DNA of 64,000 nucleotides, from the NCBI GenBank assembly GCA_022447545.1, contig JAKVBI010000013.1, positions 73,747-137,746 of the forward strand, in the 5' to 3' direction. Both the position numbers and the translations under genes were made by a program. The notes under the pieces were generated by a model that did not search any database, had not been told where the DNA came from, and was given only the letters and a program-made list of their open reading frames with translations. This document shows positions 10,574 through 19,711 of the stretch, piece after piece. The stretch is from Myxococcota bacterium (lineage in GTDB: Bacteria > Myxococcota_A > UBA9160 > SMWR01). How positions within the stretch are numbered: the stretch's first letter is position 1; every line of letters begins with the position of its first letter.

Positions 10574-12898
10574 CTACTCGAGATCGCTAGGGGAAACTCT
10601 CGGCTGGCTGAGTTCCGTGACGAGCAGCTCCGGGTCAGCGAGGATGTCGGCTTCGCGGTAGAGCATGGGTACCCATTGCTTGCGCGAGTACAGGCGCGTC
10701 TGATCCGCGTAGTGGGGCGATTGTGTGTTGACGCTCTGTGAGTAGGTGACCAGCGCGCGACTGATGGGTCCCTGGTCGGTGAACGCCATGATCATGATGA
10801 AGCTCGAACCGTCTTCGATTTCCGGATAACCGATTCCGGGGCGCAAGGGGATGTTTTCTCGGCCCAGATTCCTTGGCGGGTAGCTGACGTTGAACAATCC
10901 CTCTTTGCCTCGACCGCCGTGGATGGGGATCCGCTCGCCGTTGCGTTCGACGAACTGGACTTGGCCGAGTTCCACATCCAGGGGGAGATCGGCATCGCGC
11001 AGTTTCACGACCGCGCGTGCCAGGGCGCGGCGCACCTCGGGATCATCGGATGCCAGCCCACGGGGAGTATCGACGGGTTGGTTGGGGTCGAAGGGGATGC
11101 GATAACGCGCACCACCAAAATCCATGAATTCGCGGAACAGCACTGCGCCTCGGCTTCCCAGGTCGGCTTTCAGATCCCAGTTGGCGAGTACCTCACAGGC
11201 TTCGGATACGTCGATCACACGGTTATCTTCGAGCGTGACCATTGGGTCTTCGCGGCACGTCACTACGAGCTCGTCGCGTAGCAGTTCGCCGCCGTAGTGG
11301 CGGTTTGCGAACATCAGTTGCTGGAGCCGGTCGAGGTCGAAGAGCCCGTTCCCTTTGCCACCGTCAGCAGACAGTTGATCTTCGATCATCCGGATTCCGA
11401 TTCGGGTTCGTAGATCGCGGGCAGTTGTCTCATCGCCCAGGCTGCTAGGGAAACCAGTCAGAGGCTCGCTGGGATTGCTGAGCCAATAGCTGTCGTTGGA
11501 GTTCGCCACGTAGTCGAGGCGCATCAAGTGCGGGAGTTCCTCGGGTGCGAAGATGCCCGGTGCGGCGGCCTCGGGATGGCTTTCCCAGAGGCAATCCGAA
11601 CGCGACCCATCCAGTCCGCCCGGCACGGTACAGCGCTTCGCCAATTCGTCGGTCACCCGCGGAATGGCGCCTGGGTCCGCGAAGAAGGCTTCCCCCGAGT
11701 CATCCACAGCGATCAGGTTGACGGGCCAAGCCTGGTAGCGGTCGACGATTTCGCGCATCTCCCGTACGGATTGAGCGCGCTGGATTTGGTGGGACTGCTC
11801 GGAGCTTCGCCAACCCGTATCTACCGTGGCGACCGCCCAGGCGTATTGTTCACTCCAGGTCAGCGGAGCGCGCCCTGTTTCTATGAGAGTTGCGCCAAAG
11901 TGTGTGGTGTAGAAGGTGTGGGTTCGCGGCGTCAGAGAACCATCCTCCCCGCGTACCTGAACCGTGACTTCCTGCTGTCCCATCTCGTGCTGTTTTCCAT
12001 CGAACTCGTAATTCGTGGGATGGCCGGGAACGAGATCAAGTCGGTAGAAGCTGAAGCGCCGTGCCGTGGAAACTGTGGCGCTCCATGCAACGTGCTCGTT
12101 GTGCCCGATGCCCGCCCCGGGGAACGAGACTGGGCTGGCGCCGATGACGTCGAGAGTTCCGGGGATGGTCAACTGTTGAATGAAGAAGCGAAACGATCCC
12201 GACCATGGCTGGTGGGGGTTGGCGAGAAAGAGTCCACGGCCGTTGCTGCTGGCATCGCGGCCCAGAGCGATGGCATTGCTTCCGATTCCCGGTGCTACAG
12301 GAGACCAGTCTACTGGCACTACGGCTTGCGCCTTTGTGTGCGGCGGGGGTACGGCAGCGACCATCAGCGCCCGAAAGGCGACATAGAATTGGTTGATACG
12401 TGACATTCGACGGACGTCGATTTCAGAAATTTCTCGTACCCATGAGGCGCCGCGGCAGCTGGGATCTGGCAAGGCATCGACACCGGTGTCGCGCAGATAG
12501 CGGTTGTAGCCCGCGGCGACTCCACGCATGAAGGCGCGCACATCGGGTGACAGTCCGGGTTCTTTGGCCCACCCGAGATCCCGGATTCGTTGGTAGAAGA
12601 AATCGCTTCGGACGTTCTCTTCCCTGGGGCCTGCGCCGAGGAAGCGTGATCTCTCGGCGCTCGCGCTGAGATAGAGGTCCGCGAGCAGGCAAATGTTCTC
12701 CCGAGCGACTGCGTAGCCTGCACCCAGGCCCAGGCTTCCGTAATCGTCTGCTTTCACGTGGGGAATTCCGAAAGCGGTTTGTCGGATCGTCACACGATAG
12801 GGGTCGGGAGAGAAAGTCTTTGGATGAACGATGGGTGCTGTTGTGCAGTTCACGGCGCATAGCGCCATGGCGCATGCTGCGAGGATCGATCGAACCAT
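10574..12898 (-). CDS. Penicillin-acylase-family Ntn hydrolase (AHL/PvdQ-like acylase), secreted
   Basis: ATG at 12898 follows GGGAGG. Signal-like MVRSILAACAMALCAV. Autoprocessing site context GIG-SNAIALG (Ser-Asn at the beta-chain N-terminus). Confidence 0.85.
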   Translation of the reverse strand: MVRSILAACAMALCAVNCTTAPIVHPKTFSPDPYRVTIRQTAFGIPHVKADDYGSLGLGAGYAVARENICLLADLYLSASAERSRFLGAGPREENVRSDFFYQRIRDLGWAKEPGLSPDVRAFMRGVAAGYNRYLRDTGVDALPDPSCRGASWVREISEIDVRRMSRINQFYVAFRALMVAAVPPPHTKAQAVVPVDWSPVAPGIGSNAIALGRDASSNGRGLFLANPHQPWSGSFRFFIQQLTIPGTLDVIGASPVSFPGAGIGHNEHVAWSATVSTARRFSFYRLDLVPGHPTNYEFDGKQHEMGQQEVTVQVRGEDGSLTPRTHTFYTTHFGATLIETGRAPLTWSEQYAWAVATVDTGWRSSEQSHQIQRAQSVREMREIVDRYQAWPVNLIAVDDSGEAFFADPGAIPRVTDELAKRCTVPGGLDGSRSDCLWESHPEAAAPGIFAPEELPHLMRLDYVANSNDSYWLSNPSEPLTGFPSSLGDETTARDLRTRIGIRMIEDQLSADGGKGNGLFDLDRLQQLMFANRHYGGELLRDELVVTCREDPMVTLEDNRVIDVSEACEVLANWDLKADLGSRGAVLFREFMDFGGARYRIPFDPNQPVDTPRGLASDDPEVRRALARAVVKLRDADLPLDVELGQVQFVERNGERIPIHGGRGKEGLFNVSYPPRNLGRENIPLRPGIGYPEIEDGSSFIMIMAFTDQGPISRALVTYSQSVNTQSPHYADQTRLYSRKQWVPMLYREADILADPELLVTELSQPRVSPSDLE

Positions 12899-13073
12899 TG
12901 TCGACAGGCCTCCCGGGTTGGGGGTTCGAACCCGTATCATGACACGATCTGGAGGCCGAGCGGACCCCGGCGAGGGATGGAATCGTTCCCACCGGGCCAG
13001 GTATCCGTGAGACACTTCGCGGGCTCCGTCGACCGCTCGTTTCCGGGAACTGGGTCGAAAGAGGTTGAATCAT

Positions 13074-14273
13074 ATGATCGACTACGATCCCTATTCCCAC
13101 GAGGTGATGTCCGACCCCTGGCCCCACTATGCGAAGCTTCGAGACGAGGCTCCGGCCCACTATTTGGAGCGCTACGACTGTTGGGTGTTCTCGCGTTTCG
13201 AAGACATCTGGAATGCCACCACCCAGACTGAGATCTATACCGCCCACCGGGGTGTGACTCCTGAGGATGTCCTGCTGAAGAAGGAGCCCGAGCACCACTC
13301 TTTCTTGACCATGGATGTTCCGCGGCATCGCGCCTACCGGGGGCTTCTATCTCCGACCTATACACGGCGTGCCATCGCAGGGCTCGAGGAACGCATTCGC
13401 GAGATCATCCGCGAGCGCTTGGCTCCCCGGGTTGAGGCCGGCCGATTCGATGTCTACCGCGATATCGCGAATCCCACGGCGACGCTGTTGATCGCTGAGT
13501 TGATCGGAATCCCTCCGCAGGATGCCCTCGAGATGCGTGAGTGGGTCGAGATCTACTTCCGCAGAGAGCCGGGTCAATTCGGGACTTCCCCCAAGGGTGA
13601 GGCGGCCGTGGGTCAGCTCTTCGAGCGTGCTGCCCAACTCGCCATGGCGCGTCGAGAACAGCCGGATCCCGGCGGTGATGATCATCTGAGCGTTTGGTGC
13701 CGCGCTGAAGTCGAGGGCCAGCCCATGACGATTCCGGAAATTGCTACCAATGTGTTCGGCATGTTTGTGACCGGTGCGGAAGTGATTCCCCTCGCGGTCT
13801 CTGGAACGCTCTACTATCTGTGGCGCCATCCGGATCAGCGGCAACGCGTCGTGCAGGATCCCTCGCGCGTTGCGACGACCTTCGATGAGGGTCTGCGTTA
13901 CGACCAGCCCACCAACCTGCTGGGGCGTCGCTTGGCCAGGGATGTAGAACTCCATGGCCAGCAGTTGCGTGAGGGGCAGGGGGTGCTCTTCCTGTGGGCA
14001 TCGGCCAATCGAGACGAGCGAGAGTTCGAGCGTGCCGATGTGTTCGACATCGATCGCCGGCCACGGCGCTCGCTATCCTACGGTCACGGGATCCACAAAT
14101 GCATTGGTGAGTTTCTCGGGCGGCTCGAGGGTCAGGTGTTGCTCGAGGAGATTCTAGCGGTGGCTCCCGATTACGAAGTTCTCGATTTCGAGGCCGAGCG
14201 TGTCTACGGTGAGTTTCTTCACGGTTATCACCGCTTGCCGATCGAGTTTTCGCCTACGACCCTGGTCGTCTGA
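13074..14273 (+). CDS. Cytochrome P450
   Basis: Heme loop SYGHGIHKCIGEFLG and ExxR (EGLR). ATG at 13074 lies 9 nt after AAGAGG; the track start at 13065 is TTG. Confidence 0.9.
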   Translation: MIDYDPYSHEVMSDPWPHYAKLRDEAPAHYLERYDCWVFSRFEDIWNATTQTEIYTAHRGVTPEDVLLKKEPEHHSFLTMDVPRHRAYRGLLSPTYTRRAIAGLEERIREIIRERLAPRVEAGRFDVYRDIANPTATLLIAELIGIPPQDALEMREWVEIYFRREPGQFGTSPKGEAAVGQLFERAAQLAMARREQPDPGGDDHLSVWCRAEVEGQPMTIPEIATNVFGMFVTGAEVIPLAVSGTLYYLWRHPDQRQRVVQDPSRVATTFDEGLRYDQPTNLLGRRLARDVELHGQQLREGQGVLFLWASANRDEREFERADVFDIDRRPRRSLSYGHGIHKCIGEFLGRLEGQVLLEEILAVAPDYEVLDFEAERVYGEFLHGYHRLPIEFSPTTLVV

Positions 14274-14321
14274 CAGGGGCGTTTTCCGGCTCGATGAGTG
14301 GGGTTCCAGCAAGTGTCCGAG

Positions 14322-15485
14322 ATGTCCGTTCCTTTGCTCGACTTGAAGGCGCAATACGAGCGCATTCGTGAAGACATCGACGCCGCCATACGGAGAGTGT
14401 TGGAGAGTCAGCATTTCGTGATGGGGCCGGAGATCGAGCAATTCGAGGCCGAGATCGCCGAGTATTGTGAGACGCGCCATGCGATCAGTTGTGGGTCGGG
14501 ATCCGACGCACTCGTTCTCGCCCTGATGGCCCACGACATCGGGCCGGGCGATGAGGTGATCTGCCCCACCTATACGTTCATTGCCACCGCTGGAGCAATC
14601 GAGCGGGTCGGTGCGACCCTCGTGTTGGCAGACATCGACCCCGGCACATACAACGTCAGCCTCGCGAGTCTCGAGGAAGCGGTAGGCCGTTGCTCCCAGC
14701 CACGCGCGATCCTTCCCGTCCATTTGTTCGGACAGATGGCACCGATGGATGAGGTTGCCTCGGTTGCTCGTGAGTTCGACGCTGCAGTCATCGAGGACGC
14801 CGCTCAGGCGATCGGGTCGAGAGAACCGGCAGGGAAGCGGGCGGGTTCCCACGCGGACATCGGATGCTTCAGTTTCTACCCGTCGAAGAATCTTGGTGCC
14901 TATGGAGACGGTGGAATTCTCACGACCGACGATGAAAGTCTCACCCATCGAGCTCGAGGGCTTCGAACCAATGGATGGGTGACGGGTCCCCACCACCGCC
15001 ATGCCGGGTTGAATTCGAGGCTCGATGTGCTCCAGGCTGCGATCCTTCGAGTCAAACTTCAGTACGTCGATCACTGGAGCCATGAGCGGCGCGCCAACGC
15101 GTATCGATACGATGATCTCCTGGTAGCTGCGGGTGCCGAGATAGGACCGGGAGATTTCAAGGATCTCGAGATCCCCATTCGTCTCCCCGCTCGTGTACCG
15201 GCACCCGCACAACACGTCTTCAATCAGTACGTGGTCCGAGTTCCGGCCGAGCACCGCGATCCGCTTCGGGCGCATTTGAAGTCGAGAGGGATCGACTCCG
15301 CGGTCTACTACTCGGTGCCTCTCCACCTTCAGCCTCGCTTTGGTGCACTTGGCCACGAACGAGGTGACTTTCCCGAAGCCGAAAGAGCGGCACGAGAGAC
15401 CCTGGCCCTGCCAATCTACTCGGAACTCACGCAGGACCAGATCGAAGCCGTGGTGGATGGAATCTGCGGATATTTTCGACGTTGA
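14322..15485 (+). CDS. DegT/DnrJ/EryC1/StrS-family PLP aminotransferase
   Basis: LLDLKAQY...QHFVMGPEIEQFE N-terminus and the PLP-lysine context FSFYPSKNLG. Confidence 0.9.
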   Translation: MSVPLLDLKAQYERIREDIDAAIRRVLESQHFVMGPEIEQFEAEIAEYCETRHAISCGSGSDALVLALMAHDIGPGDEVICPTYTFIATAGAIERVGATLVLADIDPGTYNVSLASLEEAVGRCSQPRAILPVHLFGQMAPMDEVASVAREFDAAVIEDAAQAIGSREPAGKRAGSHADIGCFSFYPSKNLGAYGDGGILTTDDESLTHRARGLRTNGWVTGPHHRHAGLNSRLDVLQAAILRVKLQYVDHWSHERRANAYRYDDLLVAAGAEIGPGDFKDLEIPIRLPARVPAPAQHVFNQYVVRVPAEHRDPLRAHLKSRGIDSAVYYSVPLHLQPRFGALGHERGDFPEAERAARETLALPIYSELTQDQIEAVVDGICGYFRR

Positions 15486-15570
15486 GAGCGAGGCGGTTCA
15501 GGGCGCGAGTCCTTGCCGGACAGAGCGGGCACGCCGGGATCACCCGAGTCGATGCGCCAAGGGGAAGAGC

Positions 15571-16356
15571 ATGGCTGGAAGACTCAATGATCGGGTCGCC
15601 ATCGTGACTGGAGGTACCAGCGGGATCGGGGCTGCCATTGCCGGTCGCTTTGCGGCCGAAGGTGCGAAGGTCGTTCTGACCGGTCGAGACGCTTCTCGTG
15701 GCGAAGCTGTGGCCGATTCGATTCGCAAGGATGGCCATGTGGCGGACTTCATCGCCTCGGATCTCACTGATGAGGTGTCGATCCAGGCACTCGTAGGAAA
15801 TTGTGTGCAACGCTACGGTCGCCTCGAAGTTCTCGTCACCAGTGGAGCCGCTACGGCGACCAATACAGGCGAGCGGGAGATCAGCGTCACGAACCTCGAC
15901 AACGAGATCCTCGAGCGCTCGGTGAAGACGAACGTCCACGGATTGTTGTGGACCTTCAAGTATGCATTGCCATACCTCATCGAGGCGGCTTCACCGGAGG
16001 ACGATTTGACGAGCGCGGTGGTGACGATTGGCACAGCGGGTACCCGCAATGGAACGCCGGGGATGCCCGCCTACTGGGCGAGCAAGGCCCCCGTGGAGGT
16101 GATGACCCGTTCATTGGCGCGAGAGTTCGGAGGTCGTGGGGTACGGGTCAACTGTGTCTTGTCGGGTCTCGTCCTGACAGAGTCAGAACGCGGCGCCATG
16201 TCAGACGAATTCCGCGACTATGTGCTCGGACTCAACTCCGTTCCCTATCTGGGACGGCCCGATGACATCGCGGCAGCTTGCACCTTCTTGTCGAGCCATG
16301 AGGCGCGCTACGTCACGGGTGCGACCCTCGCGGTCGACGGTGGTGCATCCATGTGA
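15571..16356 (+). CDS. Short-chain dehydrogenase/reductase (SDR)
   Basis: ATG at 15571 follows AAGGGGAAGAG. Motif VAIVTGGTSGIGAAIA. The track ORF start at 15340 overlaps the DegT gene. Confidence 0.85.
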   Translation: MAGRLNDRVAIVTGGTSGIGAAIAGRFAAEGAKVVLTGRDASRGEAVADSIRKDGHVADFIASDLTDEVSIQALVGNCVQRYGRLEVLVTSGAATATNTGEREISVTNLDNEILERSVKTNVHGLLWTFKYALPYLIEAASPEDDLTSAVVTIGTAGTRNGTPGMPAYWASKAPVEVMTRSLAREFGGRGVRVNCVLSGLVLTESERGAMSDEFRDYVLGLNSVPYLGRPDDIAAACTFLSSHEARYVTGATLAVDGGASM

Positions 16357-16421
16357 GCCCTGTCAGCGGATTGGGCGGCAGCACCGTCGCCAGTCCTACT
16401 GCAACCTCGGAGGAATTCGAC

Positions 16422-17288
16422 ATGTCCACAGATGTTCGCCTGACCTTCAAGACCCGTCCCCAGCACACTGAATGGGGGCCCATGGCCGATTTTTGGCTGG
16501 AGGCCGAAGGCATCGAAGCGCTGGAGGGTGGATGGCTCTACGACCACTTCTACCCCATTCCACCCCACACAGGTCCCGGTATGGACTCCACGGGCACCTG
16601 CTTCGAGGGCTGGACGGCGCTCTCCTATCTGGCGGGTCGTACCCAGCGCCTGCGGCTCGGACTGATGGTGACCGGGAATCCGTATCGGCACCCGGCCGTG
16701 CTCGCCAACATGGCAGCGACATTCGATGTCTTTTCCGGCGGCCGGCTGGAGTTGGGCCTCGGAGCGGGATGGAACCAGGAGGAGTCGGACGCCTACGGGA
16801 TCGAATTGCTACCGATCGGCAAGCGGATGGACCAGTTGGAAGAGGCCTGCGAGGTGATCGATCGGCTCCTCACCCAGACCTGCGCGAACTTCGAGGGCCA
16901 CTATTACCAGCTTCGTGACGCTCGCTGTGAGCCCAAGCCCGTTCAAGCCCCTCGCCCACCTCTGGTCATCGGTGGCCAGGGTGAGAAACGAACCCTGCGT
17001 ATTGCGGCCCGCTACGCCGATGAGTGGAACTTTCCCGGTGGCAGCCCTGAGCAGTTCGCCCACAAGGTCGAAGTGTTGCACGGTCACTGTCATGACCTGG
17101 GGCGTGACCCGTCTGAGATTGCAACTTCGACCCACGTGTTCGTGGTGGGCGATCCGGCTCAGACTGCTGAACAGGCGGCGGCCTTTGCGGAGGCAGGCGC
17201 CAGTCATCTGGTGCTCTACTTCCTCGATTGCTCGGACCCGAGTTGGCTGGGGAAGACGAGCGAAGCCGTGGTTTCGGCCCTCGGCTGA
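16422..17288 (+). CDS. Luciferase-like monooxygenase family oxidoreductase (probably F420-dependent, Rv1855c-like)
   Basis: ATG at 16422 follows GGAGGA. LELGLGAGWNQEESDAYGI and RHPAVLANMAATFDVFSGGR resemble the LLM F420 subgroup (recognised from memory). Confidence 0.75.
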   Translation: MSTDVRLTFKTRPQHTEWGPMADFWLEAEGIEALEGGWLYDHFYPIPPHTGPGMDSTGTCFEGWTALSYLAGRTQRLRLGLMVTGNPYRHPAVLANMAATFDVFSGGRLELGLGAGWNQEESDAYGIELLPIGKRMDQLEEACEVIDRLLTQTCANFEGHYYQLRDARCEPKPVQAPRPPLVIGGQGEKRTLRIAARYADEWNFPGGSPEQFAHKVEVLHGHCHDLGRDPSEIATSTHVFVVGDPAQTAEQAAAFAEAGASHLVLYFLDCSDPSWLGKTSEAVVSALG

Positions 17289-17325
17289 GTCTGCCATGGG
17301 CCAGAGAGAGCCAAGAAGGTCTGGA

Positions 17326-18165
17326 TCAGCTGCGGGCTTGTTGGAGAACGCGCCGTGTCGCCTCGGCAGTCTTGCGTCCGACTTCCGCGGGGGGCATGTC
17401 GTCGTGAGTTTTGTTGAAGACCTCGACTCCCATCGGTGCCGTTGAGCCGATTTCATCCAGAACACGGACTACGTCGGCGATGGGGATGACGCCCTCGCCA
17501 GGGGTCAGTCGAGCTTCCATGCTTTCGCGCGGAAGGTCCTCCCACGCTTCCACGGGCGCGTCGTTGAGTTGGGTGCTGCCAATCCGATCGCCGGGGATGG
17601 TGCGAAGGGGTTCGAGGTCTGCGCCCGACCGGAACCAGTGCCAGGTGTCCAGCATGATGGTGGCGTTTTCGCATCCGGTTCGTTGAACCAGGTCGTAGGC
17701 GGCGGAGGCGTTGGGAATGCCCGACCAAGGAAGGAACTCCACGGTTACGATGAGGCCGTGTTCACGCGCCCGATTGCATACGCCTGCCAGGTCCTCGGCG
17801 GCTGCATCGAAATTCAGGGTGTCTCCAAACCCCTGAGCCAGGTTGAGAGAACGGGCTCCCAGCATCTCGGCAATTTCGTAGAACTCGCGCTCGTCGGACA
17901 GTTCGATGGCGGCTTGGCCCGGGCCGGGCAGGATCTGGTCAGACCAGTTGAGCAGGGGGTCGAGGTCCGCAACCACGAGACCGTTGTCGGACAAGAGCTT
18001 TCGCAGGTCTTCGGGGGTGTGGCCCTCGGCGCGGGCACGTTGAACGTCCTGGGGCCAGAGTGTAATGGCGCGGTAGCCACCGGCTACCGCGGCCTCCACC
18101 ATTTCATTGAAGCTGCCCGCGAGCAGGGTGCCTGAGCAGAAGACCAGGTCGTTGGGTCCGAGCAT
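17326..18165 (-). CDS. Sugar phosphate isomerase/epimerase (xylose-isomerase-like TIM barrel)
   Basis: ATG at 18165. 279 aa. The pattern ...VTVEFLPWSGI...DTWHWFRSG is typical of the AP_endonuc_2/IolE-like family. Confidence 0.7.
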   Translation of the reverse strand: MLGPNDLVFCSGTLLAGSFNEMVEAAVAGGYRAITLWPQDVQRARAEGHTPEDLRKLLSDNGLVVADLDPLLNWSDQILPGPGQAAIELSDEREFYEIAEMLGARSLNLAQGFGDTLNFDAAAEDLAGVCNRAREHGLIVTVEFLPWSGIPNASAAYDLVQRTGCENATIMLDTWHWFRSGADLEPLRTIPGDRIGSTQLNDAPVEAWEDLPRESMEARLTPGEGVIPIADVVRVLDEIGSTAPMGVEVFNKTHDDMPPAEVGRKTAEATRRVLQQARS

Positions 18166-18320
18166 GGTGGTTCCTCTCCCGTGAAGAGCAGGTCTCTGGG
18201 AGCCGGTGGATTCGGCTCGAGGGCGATCATACATGGCTCTATGGGCCTCTGGTTTCTTTGCCGATCGGGTCGACTTGTGCGACTTATCTGCCAAGCGCCC
18301 CATTTCTGATGAGGACTCCC

Positions 18321-18575
18321 ATGAGCAGCGAGATGAACGACGAACAGATGCGGGCGGAACTCGAGCGCCTCCGCTCGGAGAACGCGGCTCTCAAGCAGCG
18401 GGATGCGAAGGGACTGAGTCTTAAGGTCAGTCAAAAAGGAGCCGTCTCGGTGTATGGACTCGGCCGTTTTCCGGTGACCCTGTACAAGGAACAGTGGCTC
18501 AAATTGCTCGAGATGACTGACGATATCCGCACCTTCATCCGGGAGAACGAGGGACAGCTCAAGTCCAAGAGCTGA
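18321..18575 (+). CDS. Hypothetical small protein (84 aa), N-terminal coiled-coil-like segment
   Basis: ATG at 18321 follows GAGGA. Sequence: MSSEMNDEQMRAELERLRSENAALKQRDAKGLSLKVSQKGAVSVYGLGRFPVTLYKEQW... No family recognised. Confidence 0.45.
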   Translation: MSSEMNDEQMRAELERLRSENAALKQRDAKGLSLKVSQKGAVSVYGLGRFPVTLYKEQWLKLLEMTDDIRTFIRENEGQLKSKS

Positions 18576-18652
18576 GGGCCCGAGATCACTTCCGAGCCCC
18601 ATCCCGGGTGCCGAACCCGGCCTCCCGTTGTTCAATCCCCCGAGGACTTACC

Positions 18653-19612
18653 TTGCCGATCCCCCGACCCGTCCAACCCACGACCCCGGCCCGCGACGCA
18701 TTCGAAATCCACCGCGCACCGGTGGCCGAGGGCATGCGACTCGCCTACGTACGCGAGGGGGTCGGGGGGTATCCACTCGTGCTCGTGCATGGGTATCCCG
18801 AGACCAAGCGCATCTGGTGGCGGAACATCGAGTTCCTGGCCCAGGCGGGCTTCGAGGTAATTGTTCCCGACCTACGTGGTTATGGGGACTCGGACATTTC
18901 CAGTGAAGACCAGTACGACCTCGTCTTGTACTCTCGCGATCTCTATGCCCTGGTCCATGACGTGCTGGGCCATGAGCGCTGCGGGTTGTTGGGGGGCGAC
19001 GTCGGTGGTGTCGTGATCTGCGACATGGCCAACCGCTTCCCAGGCTTCGTCGACCGGATGATCTTCTTCAATACGATCCCACCGACGATTCCCGACGAGG
19101 CGGACTGGTACTCGGCGCACGGCCTGTCGATGAACCCTTTGGAGCACGGGCCCACCGGGGATTACAGGATCCGTCAGGGGCGGGACTGGAAGGAACTGCT
19201 CGACGAACTCGACACTCCGGCGCGCCGGCGCCGCTACGTGCGCGATTTCTACGAGCACCGTCTGCTGGCCGCGCAGTACTCCTTCGACGAGGAGGACTAC
19301 GACTTCATGGTCGAGCCCTTCGAGGAGGCCCAGCGCCTCTATGCGGGTTGGGCACCCTACCAGCTCGAATTCGGGCGTCCCATGAGCGAGCCTCCTCTGT
19401 TGGCACAGAAGGTCGAGGTCGAGACGCTGGTTTTGTATGGGCCCGAGGATCAGGTCGTCCCCCGGGATTTTCCCAAGCGCTGTGAGATTGCGTTCCCCAA
19501 TCGGGTGGGTCCGCTGGTCGTTCCCGAATGTGGGCACTTCCTGCAGTGGGAGCGAGCCGATGTGCTGAATCCCCTGGCGAAGTCCTTCTTCGCCGATTTG
19601 AGGGACCGCTGA
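18653..19612 (+). CDS. Alpha/beta hydrolase (soluble epoxide hydrolase / haloalkane dehalogenase-like)
   Basis: LVLVHGYPETKRIWW (HGxP) and GGDVGG nucleophile elbow. TTG at 18653 lies 6 nt after GAGGA; alternatives are GTG 18608 and ATG 18734. Confidence 0.75.
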   Translation: MPIPRPVQPTTPARDAFEIHRAPVAEGMRLAYVREGVGGYPLVLVHGYPETKRIWWRNIEFLAQAGFEVIVPDLRGYGDSDISSEDQYDLVLYSRDLYALVHDVLGHERCGLLGGDVGGVVICDMANRFPGFVDRMIFFNTIPPTIPDEADWYSAHGLSMNPLEHGPTGDYRIRQGRDWKELLDELDTPARRRRYVRDFYEHRLLAAQYSFDEEDYDFMVEPFEEAQRLYAGWAPYQLEFGRPMSEPPLLAQKVEVETLVLYGPEDQVVPRDFPKRCEIAFPNRVGPLVVPECGHFLQWERADVLNPLAKSFFADLRDR

Positions 19613-19711
19613 CGGGAGCTAGGAGGCCGTCGGGGGCTTCCAAAACCCCGGCATCGAATCCCGCCGCGTGCAGTATCATGGAGTCTCCCAAGAGCTCTGG
19701 AGGATAGGGAC

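Noticed and set aside
12914-12934. GGTTCGAACCC-containing hairpin (CGGGTT-N9-AACCCG) resembling a tRNA T-arm.
   Set aside because: It is an isolated 6-bp stem with a 9-nt loop and no flanking tRNA arms. It lies in the acylase 5'UTR next to its SD.
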